Part shown: positions 47,043 to 58,060 of the stretch, piece by piece
Layout: every line of letters begins with the position of its first letter
Position numbering within the stretch: the first letter of the stretch is position 1
Origin: an uncultured bacterium
Lineage (GTDB): Bacteria; Chloroflexota; UBA5177; JANWHV01
NCBI GenBank assembly: GCA_963729625.1
Contig: CAVSOU010000008.1
Span: 640,001-704,000, forward strand
Direction of reading: 5' to 3'
DNA: 64,000 nucleotides
Program-made: the position numbers and the translations under genes
Notes under the pieces: model-generated
The model's input: only the letters and a program-made list of their open reading frames with translations
The model's database searches: none
Told to the model about the DNA's origin: nothing

Positions 47043-47378
47043 TCAGACTGTCGGGCCCGCCTGAGCCGACTCAAACTGCTCCCGCGAGATCAGCGAGCAG
47101 CGTTCAGTGCGTGACTCCACGACATGATACGACGAGTCGAAAGTCACATGGAGGTACATGAGGTTCTGGCACGACGATCCGAGTACCTCTTTATGCAGGG
47201 TTCGCACCCCGCGCTCCGATCCGTCGGGATAGTCAATGTAGACATCCGTCTGGGGGGTAGCGCGCACGTGAAGCTTTTCACCACACTTGACACACTGCAC
47301 ATAGAAATGCAACCCATGCTGATCACCGCCACCGGCAGCAGGCCGTCTGCCGCCGAACAACCGCGAGAAGAAACCCAC
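47043..47378 (-). CDS. Small hypothetical protein with CxxC
   Basis: MGFFSRLFGG amphipathic start; YVQCVKCGE...KEVLGSSC; GGAGAG RBS. Confidence 0.75.
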   Translation of the reverse strand: MGFFSRLFGGRRPAAGGGDQHGLHFYVQCVKCGEKLHVRATPQTDVYIDYPDGSERGVRTLHKEVLGSSCQNLMYLHVTFDSSYHVVESRTERCSLISREQFESAQAGPTV

Positions 47379-47597
47379 TTGACTCTCTCCATTCGCAAAA
47401 GAGGCGGACGACGGCGAGCGTGACGCACCGAGCGAACCACAATTCCTCTCGCTTCCGCGCGGGCGAATCCAGCTGCTCGATCGACTACTTTGACCTTGTC
47501 ATGGTACAGGCAGAATGAACGTGAACTGCAACAAAGACACGCAGTGGGGCAGAGAGTCTCTCCGCCCCACCGTTCTCCACGCCAGGCTCCGTGCCGG

Positions 47598-48890
47598 TTA
47601 CCTCGTCCCAGCCAAGCTCACCTCGCGCTGCTGCGCGGGCAACGCGGTCTGGTCCCTCAAGTCGGTCCAGCGATCCTGCAGGCTTTCGAGGGCGACGACA
47701 TAGGCAGCCTGGCGGAGGCTGGGATGGTACGTCTCAGCTGTCCGCAGCACTTTGGCCACGGCGGCATCCATCTTCGCGCGCAGCTTCTCGTGCACTTCCT
47801 CGACGGTCCAGTGCTCGTCGTGCAAGTTCTGATACCACTCGAAGTAGCTGACTGCCACGCCCCCGGCATTTGCGAGTACGTCGGGCAGAACGGTCACGCC
47901 TTTCCGCCGCAGAATAGCGTCGGCCTCCATCGTTATCGGCCCGTTCGCCAGCTCGAGCACAATGCTCGCCTTCACGTTCTCGGCGATGGGACCCGTGAGG
48001 CTATCTTCCAGCGCCGCGGGCACGAGGATATCGACCGGGAGCACCAGGAGCTCTTCGGAAGTGATTGCCTGGCCGATTGCGCCTTTGACGGTCCTCGTCG
48101 TGTCCTTGATGCGCTCCAGCTCATCCAGGTCCGCGATGCCGGCAGGAAAGTAGCAACCGCCCTGTGAGTCGGAGGCGGCGACGACGCGGCATCCCTGCTC
48201 GGTGAGCAGTCTGGCGGCGATCCGTCCGGCGTTGCCGTAGCCCTGCACGGCGACGGTCATGCCGGTAGGCTCCTTGCCGCGCGCCCGCAGGTAGGCTAGC
48301 AGCGCATAGACGCCGCCCAGGGCCGTAGCTTCATTTCTCCCCAGCGAGCCGCCATCGACAATGGCCTTACCGGTCACCACCGCGGGCGCCGACCGGCCGG
48401 TCACCTTGCCGTATTCGTCCATAATCCAGGCCATCACCTGCGGATTCGTGTTCACGTCGGGCGCGGGGACATCCTTCAGCGGGCCGATCACGTCGGCAAT
48501 TCGCCTCGTGAACATCCGGGTCAGCTGCTCGAGCTCGCCCGCGGAGAGTTGCTTGGGGTCGACGGCTATGCCGCCCTTGCCTCCGCCCATCGGAATGTCG
48601 ATCACCGCGCACTTGATCGTCATCCACAGGGCGAGAGCCTTCACCTCATCCAGGCACACGTTCTGATGGAACCGCAGGCCGCCTTTGTAAGGCCCCCGGA
48701 GGTTACTGTGCTGCACGCGATAGCCGGAGAACACGGCAGGCTCACCGGAATCGCGATGCAAAGGGAGCGAGACCTCGACCGTGCGCTCGGGCGCCAAGAG
48801 TGAAGCGAGAAGCAGAGGATCCACTACTGTGAGAGTTGCCGCGTCCTGAACTTGTTGCTGGGCTTTCGCCCAGGCACTGATCGTTTCCAC
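47598..48890 (-). CDS. gdhA: Glu/Leu/Phe/Val dehydrogenase (glutamate dehydrogenase-like)
   Basis: GGAGG then GTG 48890; RGPYKGGLRF, GGGKGG, DVPAPD, VVTGK, QGYGNAG, ANAGGV. Confidence 0.9.
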   Translation of the reverse strand: METISAWAKAQQQVQDAATLTVVDPLLLASLLAPERTVEVSLPLHRDSGEPAVFSGYRVQHSNLRGPYKGGLRFHQNVCLDEVKALALWMTIKCAVIDIPMGGGKGGIAVDPKQLSAGELEQLTRMFTRRIADVIGPLKDVPAPDVNTNPQVMAWIMDEYGKVTGRSAPAVVTGKAIVDGGSLGRNEATALGGVYALLAYLRARGKEPTGMTVAVQGYGNAGRIAARLLTEQGCRVVAASDSQGGCYFPAGIADLDELERIKDTTRTVKGAIGQAITSEELLVLPVDILVPAALEDSLTGPIAENVKASIVLELANGPITMEADAILRRKGVTVLPDVLANAGGVAVSYFEWYQNLHDEHWTVEEVHEKLRAKMDAAVAKVLRTAETYHPSLRQAAYVVALESLQDRWTDLRDQTALPAQQREVSLAGTR

Positions 48891-49439
48891 CCGTAGCCTC
48901 CATACCAGGCGCAACTCGCTGGGCCACACGCCCATGAACGAGGATGACACCCACTGCTCTGTGGGTGCGCCGATCATCCGCAACTCCGGGGATGCTTGGT
49001 CCGGGACCAGCTACAGCTTGCCACACACGAACCCGCCGGCGCATCAGCGCGTCCGGCTCTCCGCGTCTATGGGTACAGACATGCCAATCTGCTGGCCGGT
49101 GTCTGCCCGCGGCTGGTTTCCCGGCATACGGGAAATACTCTCCCAGCTCGAATTTGTGTGCGTTAGCCCCCTACTCGCTCTCAGTCCGTCGCTCGGATCA
49201 TGCGAAACAGTCCGCCAATTCGCATCCTACGCTGGGGCCAGACCACTGTCAATGTGCATTTGGCTCAGGCGATCGGCCCTTATTGCGTGCTGTGCGTATC
49301 TTGAGCACTGCATTTCCTCGCCTGCAACGCCGGATCGCACTGACCAATGGACCCCCAACCGACCCCCGTTATGCTACGGCGGCGAAGTCACGCACGTGCT
49401 AGTATCGAGGCGAGAGAACGTCCTGCGGGAGGCGAACCA

Positions 49440-52400
49440 ATGAAGGGGCGCATCGTACCACTCGATGGCAATGAAGCGATCGCGAATGTGGCGTACCAAG
49501 TTAGTGACGTTATAGCTATCTACCCGATCACGCCTGCGTCGCTCATGGGCGAATGGGCGGATGAGCAGGCATCAAAGGGCGTGAGGAACCTGTGGGGCAC
49601 AGTGCCGTCGGTGCTTGAGATGCAGAGCGAGGGCGGCGTCGCGGGAGTAGTGCACGGTGCGCTGCAAACTGGATCGCTGGCGACCAGCTTCACGTCGTCG
49701 CAAGGCCTCTTGCTGATGATCCCGAACATGTTCAAGATCGCTGGCGAGCTGCTGCCGGCCGTGTTCCACGTCGCCGCGCGCGCAGTCGCCACGCACGCGA
49801 TCTCGATGTTCGGCGATCACAGCGATGTGATGTCCGCGCGGTCAACCGGCTGGGCAATGCTGAGCTCAAGCTCGGTACAGGAGGCGCAGGATCTGGCCCT
49901 TATCGCCCACTGCTCGACACTGGAGTCTCGCATCCCGTTCCTTCACTTCATCGACGGATTCAGGACATCGCACGAGGTCAATACGATCGCCCCGCTAGAG
50001 GACGAGCACGTGCGTGCGATGATGGACGACGATTGTGTGCTTGCGCACCGCGCACGCGGCCTCTCGCCCGACCACCCCGTGGTGCGCGGCACCGTGCAGA
50101 ACCCGGACGTCTACTTCCAGGGGCGCGAAGCGTCGAACACGCTCTACGCAGGCTGTGCCGGCATCGTGCAGCGAGTCATGGAGCGGTTTGGCGCGCTGAC
50201 CGGCCGCTGCTATGACCTGTTTGACTATGCAGGGGCGCCCGACGCGGAGCGCGTGATCGTGCTGATGGGATCCGGGGCCGAGGCGGCTCAGGAGACCGTT
50301 GACTACTTGTCCGCCCACGGCGAGAAGGTGGGCATGGTCCGCGTCCACCTCTACCGTCCGTTCGACGTCAGGAGCTTCATGGAAGCTTTGCCCCCCACGA
50401 CGCGGGTCGTGGGCGTGCTCGACCGTACCAAGGAACCCGGGGCCGCGGGCGAGCCGCTCTATCTGGACTGCCTTGCGGCGCTGTGCGAAGGCCTCGCCGC
50501 TGCATGGGGCACGCTGCGGACGATGCCCATGGTAGTTGGAGGCCGCTACGGCCTGGCCTCCAAAGAGTTCAATCCGGCCATGGTGAAGGCGGTCTTCGAG
50601 AATCTGGCACAGGCACGGCCGAAGAATCACTTTACGATCGGCATCGACGACGATGTGACACATACGAGCCTGGCATACGATCCGGCCTTCTCAGTCGAGC
50701 CGGAGGACGCCGTGCGCGCAGTGTTCTACGGCCTCGGCTCTGACGGCACCGTGAGTGCCAACAAGAGCTCGATAAAGATCATAGCCGAGGAGACCGGTCA
50801 GTACGCGCAAGGGTATTTTGTCTACGATACCAGGAAATCCGGCACCCTCACGGTCTCCCATTTGCGCGCCGGCATCGTGCCGATCCGGTCGACGTATCTC
50901 ATAGACCGGGCCAATTTCGTGGCGTGCCATCAGCCGGTATTCCTGGAACGCTACGACATGCTCCGCCAGATCGGGCCCGGCGGCACATTCCTGCTCAACA
51001 CTACCCGTGGTCCAGATACTGTATGGCAGTATCTTCCACGAAGTGTGCAGGATGCCGTTGTGCAGCAGAAACTTGAGTTCTACGTCATCGACGCGGCAGC
51101 CGTCGCGCACGCCGCCGGCCTGCACGGCCGCGTCAACATCGTGATGCAGACGTGTTTCTTCGCTCTGTCCAACATGCTGCCACGCGAGCAGGCGATACAA
51201 GCAATCAAGAGATCGATCGTCAAGACATATCACCGGCAGGGCGAGGAGATCATCAAGATGGATCTGGCTGCCGTCGACCGCAGCCTGGCAAACCTGCACA
51301 AGGTGCGCGTGCCGCAGTCCGCGGATAGTACGTTCGAGCTCAGGGAGCCGGTGCCGGAGCGCGCGCCTCGCTTCGTGCGCGAGGTCCTCGGCGAGATCAT
51401 CGCCGGTCGAGGCGATGCGCTGTCGGTCAGTCGCCTGCCGCTCGACGGCACCTTCCCTACCGGCACCACCAGGTGGGAGAAGCGGAACCTGGCCCACGAG
51501 ATTCCTGTCTGGGAGCCGGACATCTGCATTCAGTGCGGCAAGTGCGCGATGGTCTGCCCGCACGCGGCCATCCGCATCAAGGCATATGATTCTGCCGTGC
51601 TTGAGGGCGCCCCAGCGACGTTCAAGGCCATGAACGCGCACGACAAGGTGTTTCAGGGCCAGAAGTACACCATCCAGGTGGCGCCGGAGGATTGCACCGG
51701 GTGTGCCATTTGCGTGGACGTTTGCCCGGCTAAAAGCAAGTCGGAGACCAGGCTCAAGGCGTTGCACATGCAGCCGCAGCCTCAGCTACGCGAGCAAGAG
51801 CGCGACAACTGGGAGTTCTTCGTCGCTATTCCCGAAGTCGACCGCCGGCTGGTCAATGCCTCGAGCATCCGCCAGCAACAGCTGCAGCAGCCGTTGTTCG
51901 AGTTCTCAGGCGCATGCTCAGGCTGCGGCGAAACTCCTTACGTCAAATTGCTCACGCAGCTGTTTGGCGACCGCCTGATCATCGCCAATGCTTCCGGTTG
52001 CTCGTCGGTATTCGGCGGCACTTTGCCGACCTGTGCCTGGACGACCAACGCGGAAGGCCGCGGGCCGGCGTGGGCGAATTCGCTGTTCGAGGACAACGCC
52101 GAGTTTGGCATGGGCTTCCGTGTGTCGATTGATAAGCAGCGCGCCTATGCCGAGGAGCTGCTGCGCAGGATGGCGCCGACAGTCGGCGAGCGCCTGGTGA
52201 GCGACATCCTGGCGGCCGACCAGCACGACGAAGCCGGGATTACCGCCCAGAGGTCGCACGTCTCGGCTCTCAAGGCATGTCTGGCCGGCGCCGCCGGCCT
52301 CGAGGCAAGGCACCTTCTGCACGTCGCCGACATGCTGGTCAGGCGCAGCGTTTGGATCGTGGGTGGCGATGGCTGGGCCTACGATATCGGCTACGGCGGC

Positions 52401-53063
52401 CTGGATCATGTATTGGCCAGCGGAGCGAATGTCAAGGTGCTCGTTCTGGATACCGAGGTGTACTCGAACACGGGCGGTCAGCGATCAAAAGCGACGCCGC
52501 GCGGCGCGATCGCCAAGTTTGCTGCCGGCGGCAAGCGGGGCCGCAAGAAGGATCTTGGGTTGATGGCCATGACGTACGGCAACATCTACGTGGCCAGCGT
52601 GGCCATGGGCGGCAAGGACGAACATACGCTGAAGTCGTTCATCGAGGCTGAAGCGTACGACGGCCCCGCGTTGATCATCGCGTACGCACACTGCATCTCG
52701 CACGGCATCACCGACATGAGCCTCGGCATGGCGCAGCAGAAGGCCGCGGTCGAATCCGGGCAGTGGCTGCTCTACCGCTACAACCCGGCGCTGGCAGGGT
52801 TGGGCGCCAGTCCGCTGATTCTCGATTCGCGCGCGCCAACGATCTCGCTCGAGCAGTACATGTATGCCGAAAACCGCTTCAAGATGCTCGCGCACGTCGA
52901 TCCGGAGCACGCCCGGCTCTACCTGGAGGAGGCGCGGTACGACGTTGGCGCGCGCCTTGCGCTGTACCAGTACCTTGCCGGGTGCCCGGTGGCGCGCGCC
53001 AACGGCCATCACGCCGATGCCGATCTCGTGCCTGGCGAGCCAGGGCTAGTCTCGCAGGCATGA
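49440..53063 (+). CDS. nifJ: Pyruvate:ferredoxin (flavodoxin) oxidoreductase
   Basis: IYPITP, QSEGG, DGFRTSHE, CIQCGKC and CTGCAIC ferredoxin motifs, GACSGCGE, GGDGWAYDIG. Confidence 0.96.
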   Translation: MKGRIVPLDGNEAIANVAYQVSDVIAIYPITPASLMGEWADEQASKGVRNLWGTVPSVLEMQSEGGVAGVVHGALQTGSLATSFTSSQGLLLMIPNMFKIAGELLPAVFHVAARAVATHAISMFGDHSDVMSARSTGWAMLSSSSVQEAQDLALIAHCSTLESRIPFLHFIDGFRTSHEVNTIAPLEDEHVRAMMDDDCVLAHRARGLSPDHPVVRGTVQNPDVYFQGREASNTLYAGCAGIVQRVMERFGALTGRCYDLFDYAGAPDAERVIVLMGSGAEAAQETVDYLSAHGEKVGMVRVHLYRPFDVRSFMEALPPTTRVVGVLDRTKEPGAAGEPLYLDCLAALCEGLAAAWGTLRTMPMVVGGRYGLASKEFNPAMVKAVFENLAQARPKNHFTIGIDDDVTHTSLAYDPAFSVEPEDAVRAVFYGLGSDGTVSANKSSIKIIAEETGQYAQGYFVYDTRKSGTLTVSHLRAGIVPIRSTYLIDRANFVACHQPVFLERYDMLRQIGPGGTFLLNTTRGPDTVWQYLPRSVQDAVVQQKLEFYVIDAAAVAHAAGLHGRVNIVMQTCFFALSNMLPREQAIQAIKRSIVKTYHRQGEEIIKMDLAAVDRSLANLHKVRVPQSADSTFELREPVPERAPRFVREVLGEIIAGRGDALSVSRLPLDGTFPTGTTRWEKRNLAHEIPVWEPDICIQCGKCAMVCPHAAIRIKAYDSAVLEGAPATFKAMNAHDKVFQGQKYTIQVAPEDCTGCAICVDVCPAKSKSETRLKALHMQPQPQLREQERDNWEFFVAIPEVDRRLVNASSIRQQQLQQPLFEFSGACSGCGETPYVKLLTQLFGDRLIIANASGCSSVFGGTLPTCAWTTNAEGRGPAWANSLFEDNAEFGMGFRVSIDKQRAYAEELLRRMAPTVGERLVSDILAADQHDEAGITAQRSHVSALKACLAGAAGLEARHLLHVADMLVRRSVWIVGGDGWAYDIGYGGLDHVLASGANVKVLVLDTEVYSNTGGQRSKATPRGAIAKFAAGGKRGRKKDLGLMAMTYGNIYVASVAMGGKDEHTLKSFIEAEAYDGPALIIAYAHCISHGITDMSLGMAQQKAAVESGQWLLYRYNPALAGLGASPLILDSRAPTISLEQYMYAENRFKMLAHVDPEHARLYLEEARYDVGARLALYQYLAGCPVARANGHHADADLVPGEPGLVSQA

Positions 53064-53069
53064 GAGCTG

Positions 53070-56000
53070 CTACTCGTGCATGTACTGTTTTCGCTCGCTG
53101 GGCGTGAGCGTGCGTGTCGTATGCAACGCGGCGATCGCCAGGAGCTGCCGCGTCGCGACGCAGACATCGCATGGGCGAATCCGCACCGCGCCGTCTCTGC
53201 CGGATGAGACAATGCTGCTGCCGTCTGGGCTGAAACGCGCGCTCAGGCCGATGCCCTGATGCCCGTAGAGCACGGCATCGTTGCGCCACCTGTCGACCGA
53301 CCACACGCGCAGCGTATCGTCGGCGCTGGCCGACACGAGCCACTGGCTATCCGGACTGAACGCTGCGCTCCAGACCGCCGAGGAATGCCCCAGCAATGTG
53401 TACAGGCTTCGCCACGTGTGGGCGTCCCATACGCGGATGCGGCTGTCCGCGCTGGCGCTCGTCAGGAACTTGCCGTCGGGGCTGAAGGCGACATCTTCCA
53501 CAAACCACGAGCCTGAAGGCAGCGTTTTCACCATACGCCAGGATCGAGTCGACCATATTTGCACGACATAGTCCAGGTTCTGGTCACAGTTAGCGGCCAG
53601 TGCCAGGTACACGCCATCCGGGCTGTATGCCTGCGCGTACACGACGAACGGCCCGTTCGCGGTTTGTCCGCCATCGGCGCGGAGCACCGCGACCTGCCGC
53701 CAGCCGCGTGTGTCCCAGACGGACACGATGCCGTTGCCGCGGATGACCGCGACGTGTCGGCCGTCCGGACTAAAGGTGACACGGTATGCGCCGTTCGGAA
53801 CAACCAGCGCATGCGCGCGCCGCCACGTGGCCGTGTTCCAGATCCAGGTTGAGCCGCCGGCGCTCGATGTCGCCAGCATCTTGCCGTCGGGGCTGAAGGC
53901 TGCTGAGTACAGCGCGGCGTGTTGCCCTTCGAGCACGGTGACAATTCGCCCACTCCGCACGTCGACGACGCGCGCCATACCGTCGCTTGCCGCCGTCACG
54001 ATCTCTCGTCCGTCCGGGCTGGACGCAGTGGCCCAGATCACCACGCCGGCTGGGGCATGCACGAGGAGCCGTCCGGCGCCCACATCCCAGATGCGGGCGT
54101 TGCCGTCGTCGTTTGCCGTGAGCACGGAGCTGTCATCCGGGCTGAAGACCGCGGAACCGACCGATCCGGCGGGCCCGCGCAGATAGGCGAGCGCGAACCC
54201 GCCATTGGCGCTAAAGATTCGTGCCACCCCATCTACGCCTGCGGTAATGATGTAGCCGCTGTCGTGGCTATAGACCGCGCTCAATAGCTCCGTCGTGCCG
54301 CCGCTCGAGAGATAGGCGATCAAGTTGCCGGTCCTGGCATCCGACACGCGCGCCGCTCCGTCCTGGCTGGCGGTGAGCACATCGCGACCGTCCGGACTGA
54401 ACACCGCCGAATTGACGTTATTCACCGCGCCCCTGATGACCGAGATAGGCTTCCCGCTCGGCACTGCCCACACGCGGGCCGTTTTGTCCCAGCTCGCCGT
54501 GACCAGATAGGTGCCGTCCGCACTGAAGGCAACGTCGTCGACGTTGTCTGTGTGGCCGTTCAGCACGCGCACGAGACGGCCCGTGCCCGCGTCCCATAGC
54601 CGTGCCGTCGTGTCGTCGCTGGCAGTAGCGATGTAGCGCCCGTTGGGACTGAAGACAGCGGTCCAAAGCTGATCGGTGTGTCCCGAGAGCACGTGGAGAA
54701 GGCGACCGCTGCCCGCATCCCACACGCGTGCCGTGTCGTCGCTGCTTGCCGTCACGACCGTGCGTCCGTCCGGGCTAAACGCCGCCGACACGACCGCGTC
54801 GGTATGGCCGCGCAACACGGCGATCAAGCGTCCGGACGGAACCCCCCAAAGCCGAGCGGTGTCGTCGTCGCTGGCTGTCGCGAGCTCGGTACCGGCGGGA
54901 TTGAAGGCGACCGAGTTGACACCGCCGGTGTGCCCCCTGAGTACCGCCAGCGCGGCTCCTGTCCGGGCATCGAATAGTCGGGCCGTCTTGTCGGCCGAGG
55001 CGGTTGCCACATAGCGGCCGTCCTGGCTATACACAGCTTGACCCACGGCAGCGGTGTGGCCGCGCAGCACCTCTCGCGGGTACGGCTGTCCGATAGCTAT
55101 GCGCAGCGCGTCGGTCGCTTCGGACGTCGTCGCCGTGCGCTCTGCCGCGCTTGCCAGGAGCAGACTGAGCTGCGGGTCCACGTTCAGTTGGGCGAGCGAA
55201 TTGGCTGCCAGCTCGCGGGATAGGGCCACGTTCCTCGCGGCTTGCGCCTGATTCCGCTGCTGCTCGGCCAGCAACTGCGCCTTCCTGGCGGCCTGCTGCG
55301 CGATTTGCGCCTGATTCCGCTGCTGCTCGGCCAGCAACTGCGCCCTCGTGGCGCGTTGCTGGGCACTCGTCGCGTCGCTGCGCTGCTGGATCGCCACGAT
55401 CGTGGCGAACAGCGCTCCCACGAGCACGGCCGCCAGCCCAAGCGAGAAGAGCCTGGCCACGCGCGCGCGGCGTCTCTCCGACGCGGCCAAACGTCGTGCG
55501 GCCTCCAGCTCGCGACGCTGTCGCTCGCGCTCGATCGCCTCCTCGCGTTCCCTCAGGAGCAGGCTGGCATTGAGAAAGCCTCGTTCCAGATCGTTGAGGC
55601 TATCCTCGTGCTGCGCGCGCCATTCCTGCGCCGTGGCCAAACGCGCACCTCTATAGAGGATGCCGTCGTCGCGGTCCGCCCGCTCCCATTCGAGTGCCGC
55701 CTCTGTCAGGCGGCGCTGCACTCTGAGCCCGCTTCGATCCTCTTCGATCCACGACCGCAGCTGAGGCCAACCCCGAATGAGTGCCTCGTGCGATACCTCG
55801 ACCATGTGCTGATGCGTCGGCTCATCTTCGCTGGTGGTCAGCAAGCGGGCCTCGACCATGGCCTGAATTACAGTGTCGACCGAAGCGCCCGATTGGCCGC
55901 GCGTTACCAGCTCGCCGAGCGCGGCGCGTCGCCGAGTGTCCTCGGTGCCTTCGCCGGGCTGGGTCAGGCGCAGCAGAGCCCGGCGCGCCACGGCCTGCTC

Positions 56001-57332
56001 CTCCGAGCTGAAGGAGTTGTAGATGGTATCCGCGCGCTTGGCGATTGCGCCCTGCACGCCGCCGCTCTGCGTGTAGCCATCAAGCGTCAGCATGTGCCCG
56101 AGCCGCCGTTCCCATAGCTCGAGCAGCGCGTGCTCGAGCAGTGGCAGTGCCCCCGGTTGGCGGTCGACATCTCCCAGGATCGTGTTGACGAGTCCCTGCT
56201 CAAACTCCAGACCGGCACGCCACGCCGGTTCCTCGATAGCCCGGCGCAGCCCATCGAGATCCAGCGGGCTGACCAGGAACTGTTGAGCCGAGATGCGGAC
56301 CGACAGGTCGGGGAAGGACGAGCACTTCGGGTAGAAGTCCGCACGCAGCGTAAGCAGCACGACGCAGCGCCCGTCCGGCACGGACGCCGCATAGAGCAAG
56401 TTGGCAAGGAACTGCGCACGCTCGTGATCGTCGGCGCACAGCGTGAATATCTCCTCGAACTGGTCGATGACGAGAACGACCCGCTCGGCGGCCGGGCGGT
56501 CGCTAAGTGCCAGGGCAGCCGACAGGTGGAGGGTTCTCGTGTCGGCGTCCATCTCATCCAGCGTCCGGTGCATCGATGCGTCTTCGAACAGGCGCGTGAC
56601 CTGGGCGACCAGGGCGGTCAAAGGGTGCGCTCCAGGGGTGAACACGCAGACCGTCCAGTCGTGGCTGCCCGGCAGCGCGCCTCGTCGGAGCGCAGGCACC
56701 AGTCCGGCACGCACCAGCGACGACTTTCCGCTGCCGGATGGGCCTAGAACCGCGAGGAAATGCGAGCCCTTCAACTTCTCCACCAGCCGCTGCACATCGT
56801 TGTCTCGGCCAAAGAAGAACTCGGCATGCTCTTCGTCAAAGGTCTGGAGACCGCGGTAGGGGCACACGTCGGTGTTCGGTTCAGCAGGCACTTGCTGCCC
56901 GAACGGCACGCCCCTGATCGCATTCGCCAGGTGCTGGAACGCGCGCGGATCCTCGATGCCCGGGCGCAAGTCGACCCATGTACGTGTGCTGAGGAACGGC
57001 GGCAGCGTAGTGGAATCAAACGGCTCGGCAACGCCAGGGAGGAGGGCGAGGAAGAGTCGGAAGGAGCGATCCTTCACGGCACGATCGAGCGCCACGCCCA
57101 GCTCTTCATGCACCCAGTCGCCCAGTCCGTGGGGCCCGACAAAGACCGCGCACGCCGAGCAGGAACGCAGCCCGGCAATCAATTCTTCCTGCCAGCGGCC
57201 GCCCGGCGTCAGGCACCACTTGTCGAGCCAGGGCTCCAGGCCCGCGCTCTTGAGCTTGACAGCCAGTCGCTCGACAGCAGGCTTGTCACGGCTATTGTGG
57301 GAGAGAAAGACGTCGAAGCGGGGCTCGTTCAT
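53070..57332 (-). CDS. TIR - STAND NTPase (nSTAND1-like) - TM - WD40 repeat protein
   Basis: FDVFLSHNSRDK...WVHEEL (TIR); CPYRGL..F, GPSGSGKSS, VIDQFEE, PGALPLL, HEALIRGW; hydrophobic helix; about 14 GH/WD repeats. Confidence 0.92.
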   Translation of the reverse strand: MNEPRFDVFLSHNSRDKPAVERLAVKLKSAGLEPWLDKWCLTPGGRWQEELIAGLRSCSACAVFVGPHGLGDWVHEELGVALDRAVKDRSFRLFLALLPGVAEPFDSTTLPPFLSTRTWVDLRPGIEDPRAFQHLANAIRGVPFGQQVPAEPNTDVCPYRGLQTFDEEHAEFFFGRDNDVQRLVEKLKGSHFLAVLGPSGSGKSSLVRAGLVPALRRGALPGSHDWTVCVFTPGAHPLTALVAQVTRLFEDASMHRTLDEMDADTRTLHLSAALALSDRPAAERVVLVIDQFEEIFTLCADDHERAQFLANLLYAASVPDGRCVVLLTLRADFYPKCSSFPDLSVRISAQQFLVSPLDLDGLRRAIEEPAWRAGLEFEQGLVNTILGDVDRQPGALPLLEHALLELWERRLGHMLTLDGYTQSGGVQGAIAKRADTIYNSFSSEEQAVARRALLRLTQPGEGTEDTRRRAALGELVTRGQSGASVDTVIQAMVEARLLTTSEDEPTHQHMVEVSHEALIRGWPQLRSWIEEDRSGLRVQRRLTEAALEWERADRDDGILYRGARLATAQEWRAQHEDSLNDLERGFLNASLLLREREEAIERERQRRELEAARRLAASERRRARVARLFSLGLAAVLVGALFATIVAIQQRSDATSAQQRATRAQLLAEQQRNQAQIAQQAARKAQLLAEQQRNQAQAARNVALSRELAANSLAQLNVDPQLSLLLASAAERTATTSEATDALRIAIGQPYPREVLRGHTAAVGQAVYSQDGRYVATASADKTARLFDARTGAALAVLRGHTGGVNSVAFNPAGTELATASDDDTARLWGVPSGRLIAVLRGHTDAVVSAAFSPDGRTVVTASSDDTARVWDAGSGRLLHVLSGHTDQLWTAVFSPNGRYIATASDDTTARLWDAGTGRLVRVLNGHTDNVDDVAFSADGTYLVTASWDKTARVWAVPSGKPISVIRGAVNNVNSAVFSPDGRDVLTASQDGAARVSDARTGNLIAYLSSGGTTELLSAVYSHDSGYIITAGVDGVARIFSANGGFALAYLRGPAGSVGSAVFSPDDSSVLTANDDGNARIWDVGAGRLLVHAPAGVVIWATASSPDGREIVTAASDGMARVVDVRSGRIVTVLEGQHAALYSAAFSPDGKMLATSSAGGSTWIWNTATWRRAHALVVPNGAYRVTFSPDGRHVAVIRGNGIVSVWDTRGWRQVAVLRADGGQTANGPFVVYAQAYSPDGVYLALAANCDQNLDYVVQIWSTRSWRMVKTLPSGSWFVEDVAFSPDGKFLTSASADSRIRVWDAHTWRSLYTLLGHSSAVWSAAFSPDSQWLVSASADDTLRVWSVDRWRNDAVLYGHQGIGLSARFSPDGSSIVSSGRDGAVRIRPCDVCVATRQLLAIAALHTTRTLTPSERKQYMHE
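55242..55344 (-). repeat. 63-nt-period in-frame tandem duplication (AQLLAEQQRNQAQ x2)
   Basis: 40-nt identical blocks at 55242-55281 and 55305-55344. Confidence 0.85.
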
Positions 57333-58060
57333 ACCCTGTGCTCCGCCTTTCTCCAGCATCCGCACCGGGCGCGCAAGCGGCCCGGCATCGTATAAGGCTC
57401 TGCATTCAGGCTCCGACTGAGGCCGGTCACAGACAAAACCTACCCCAAAAGGGCATGGTATCGGAGGCACCTGTCATGTTCAGATCCTACCATGCCTTCC
57501 CAGCACGGTTGAGCGCTGTGTGCCTCCGCTTCGTGAAAGCGTGCCCGCGCCGCGTGAGACGCGATTGTCCGCGCCTCGCAACCACGTGCCTGAGACGCGT
57601 AATCGTTGGGATCCTGGGGCGCTCGGACATCGTGTGCGCCCGCACAGGCGATTTGCTCAGGGACCGCGGCTCCACTGCGGTAGCCGCAGTGCCCTCCAGT
57701 GCACGCATGGTGCCCTCGCAGCGGCGCCTGCACCCGGTACGCCACGCGCTGAGAACCCGGGCGGACACGATGTCCGCTCTCGTACGAGATTCCCGCACAT
57801 CGTCGATCAGCGTTTCCACTCCGTCCCACGACTGCTGGTCGAGTTTCCCGTGGTGTGCGCTATACTGACCTCGCCTGCCGCCGGAGATCTCGCCGCGATA
57901 TCGCAATTTTGCTGCCGCGTACGTCATCGTCGTCGCAGGTAGCGATGTCGCGGCCGAGACGCTGGGGCTGTTCGGAAAGGGCCGTGCCTGCTTCCGCTTA
58001 GGTGTCGCGCGCATTCCCGTGGCACGTCGACGGCGGAGCAGAGATTGTGGGGGAAGATGC

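Noticed and set aside
53200-55070. Regularly spaced GGGCTGAA-type repeats as a CRISPR array
   Set aside because: They encode the FSPDG motifs of WD40 repeats; they are degenerate and no cas genes are present.
57333-58060. ORFs in the gap between the TIR-STAND gene and pfkB
   Set aside because: No recognisable motif, RBS or consistent coding signal.
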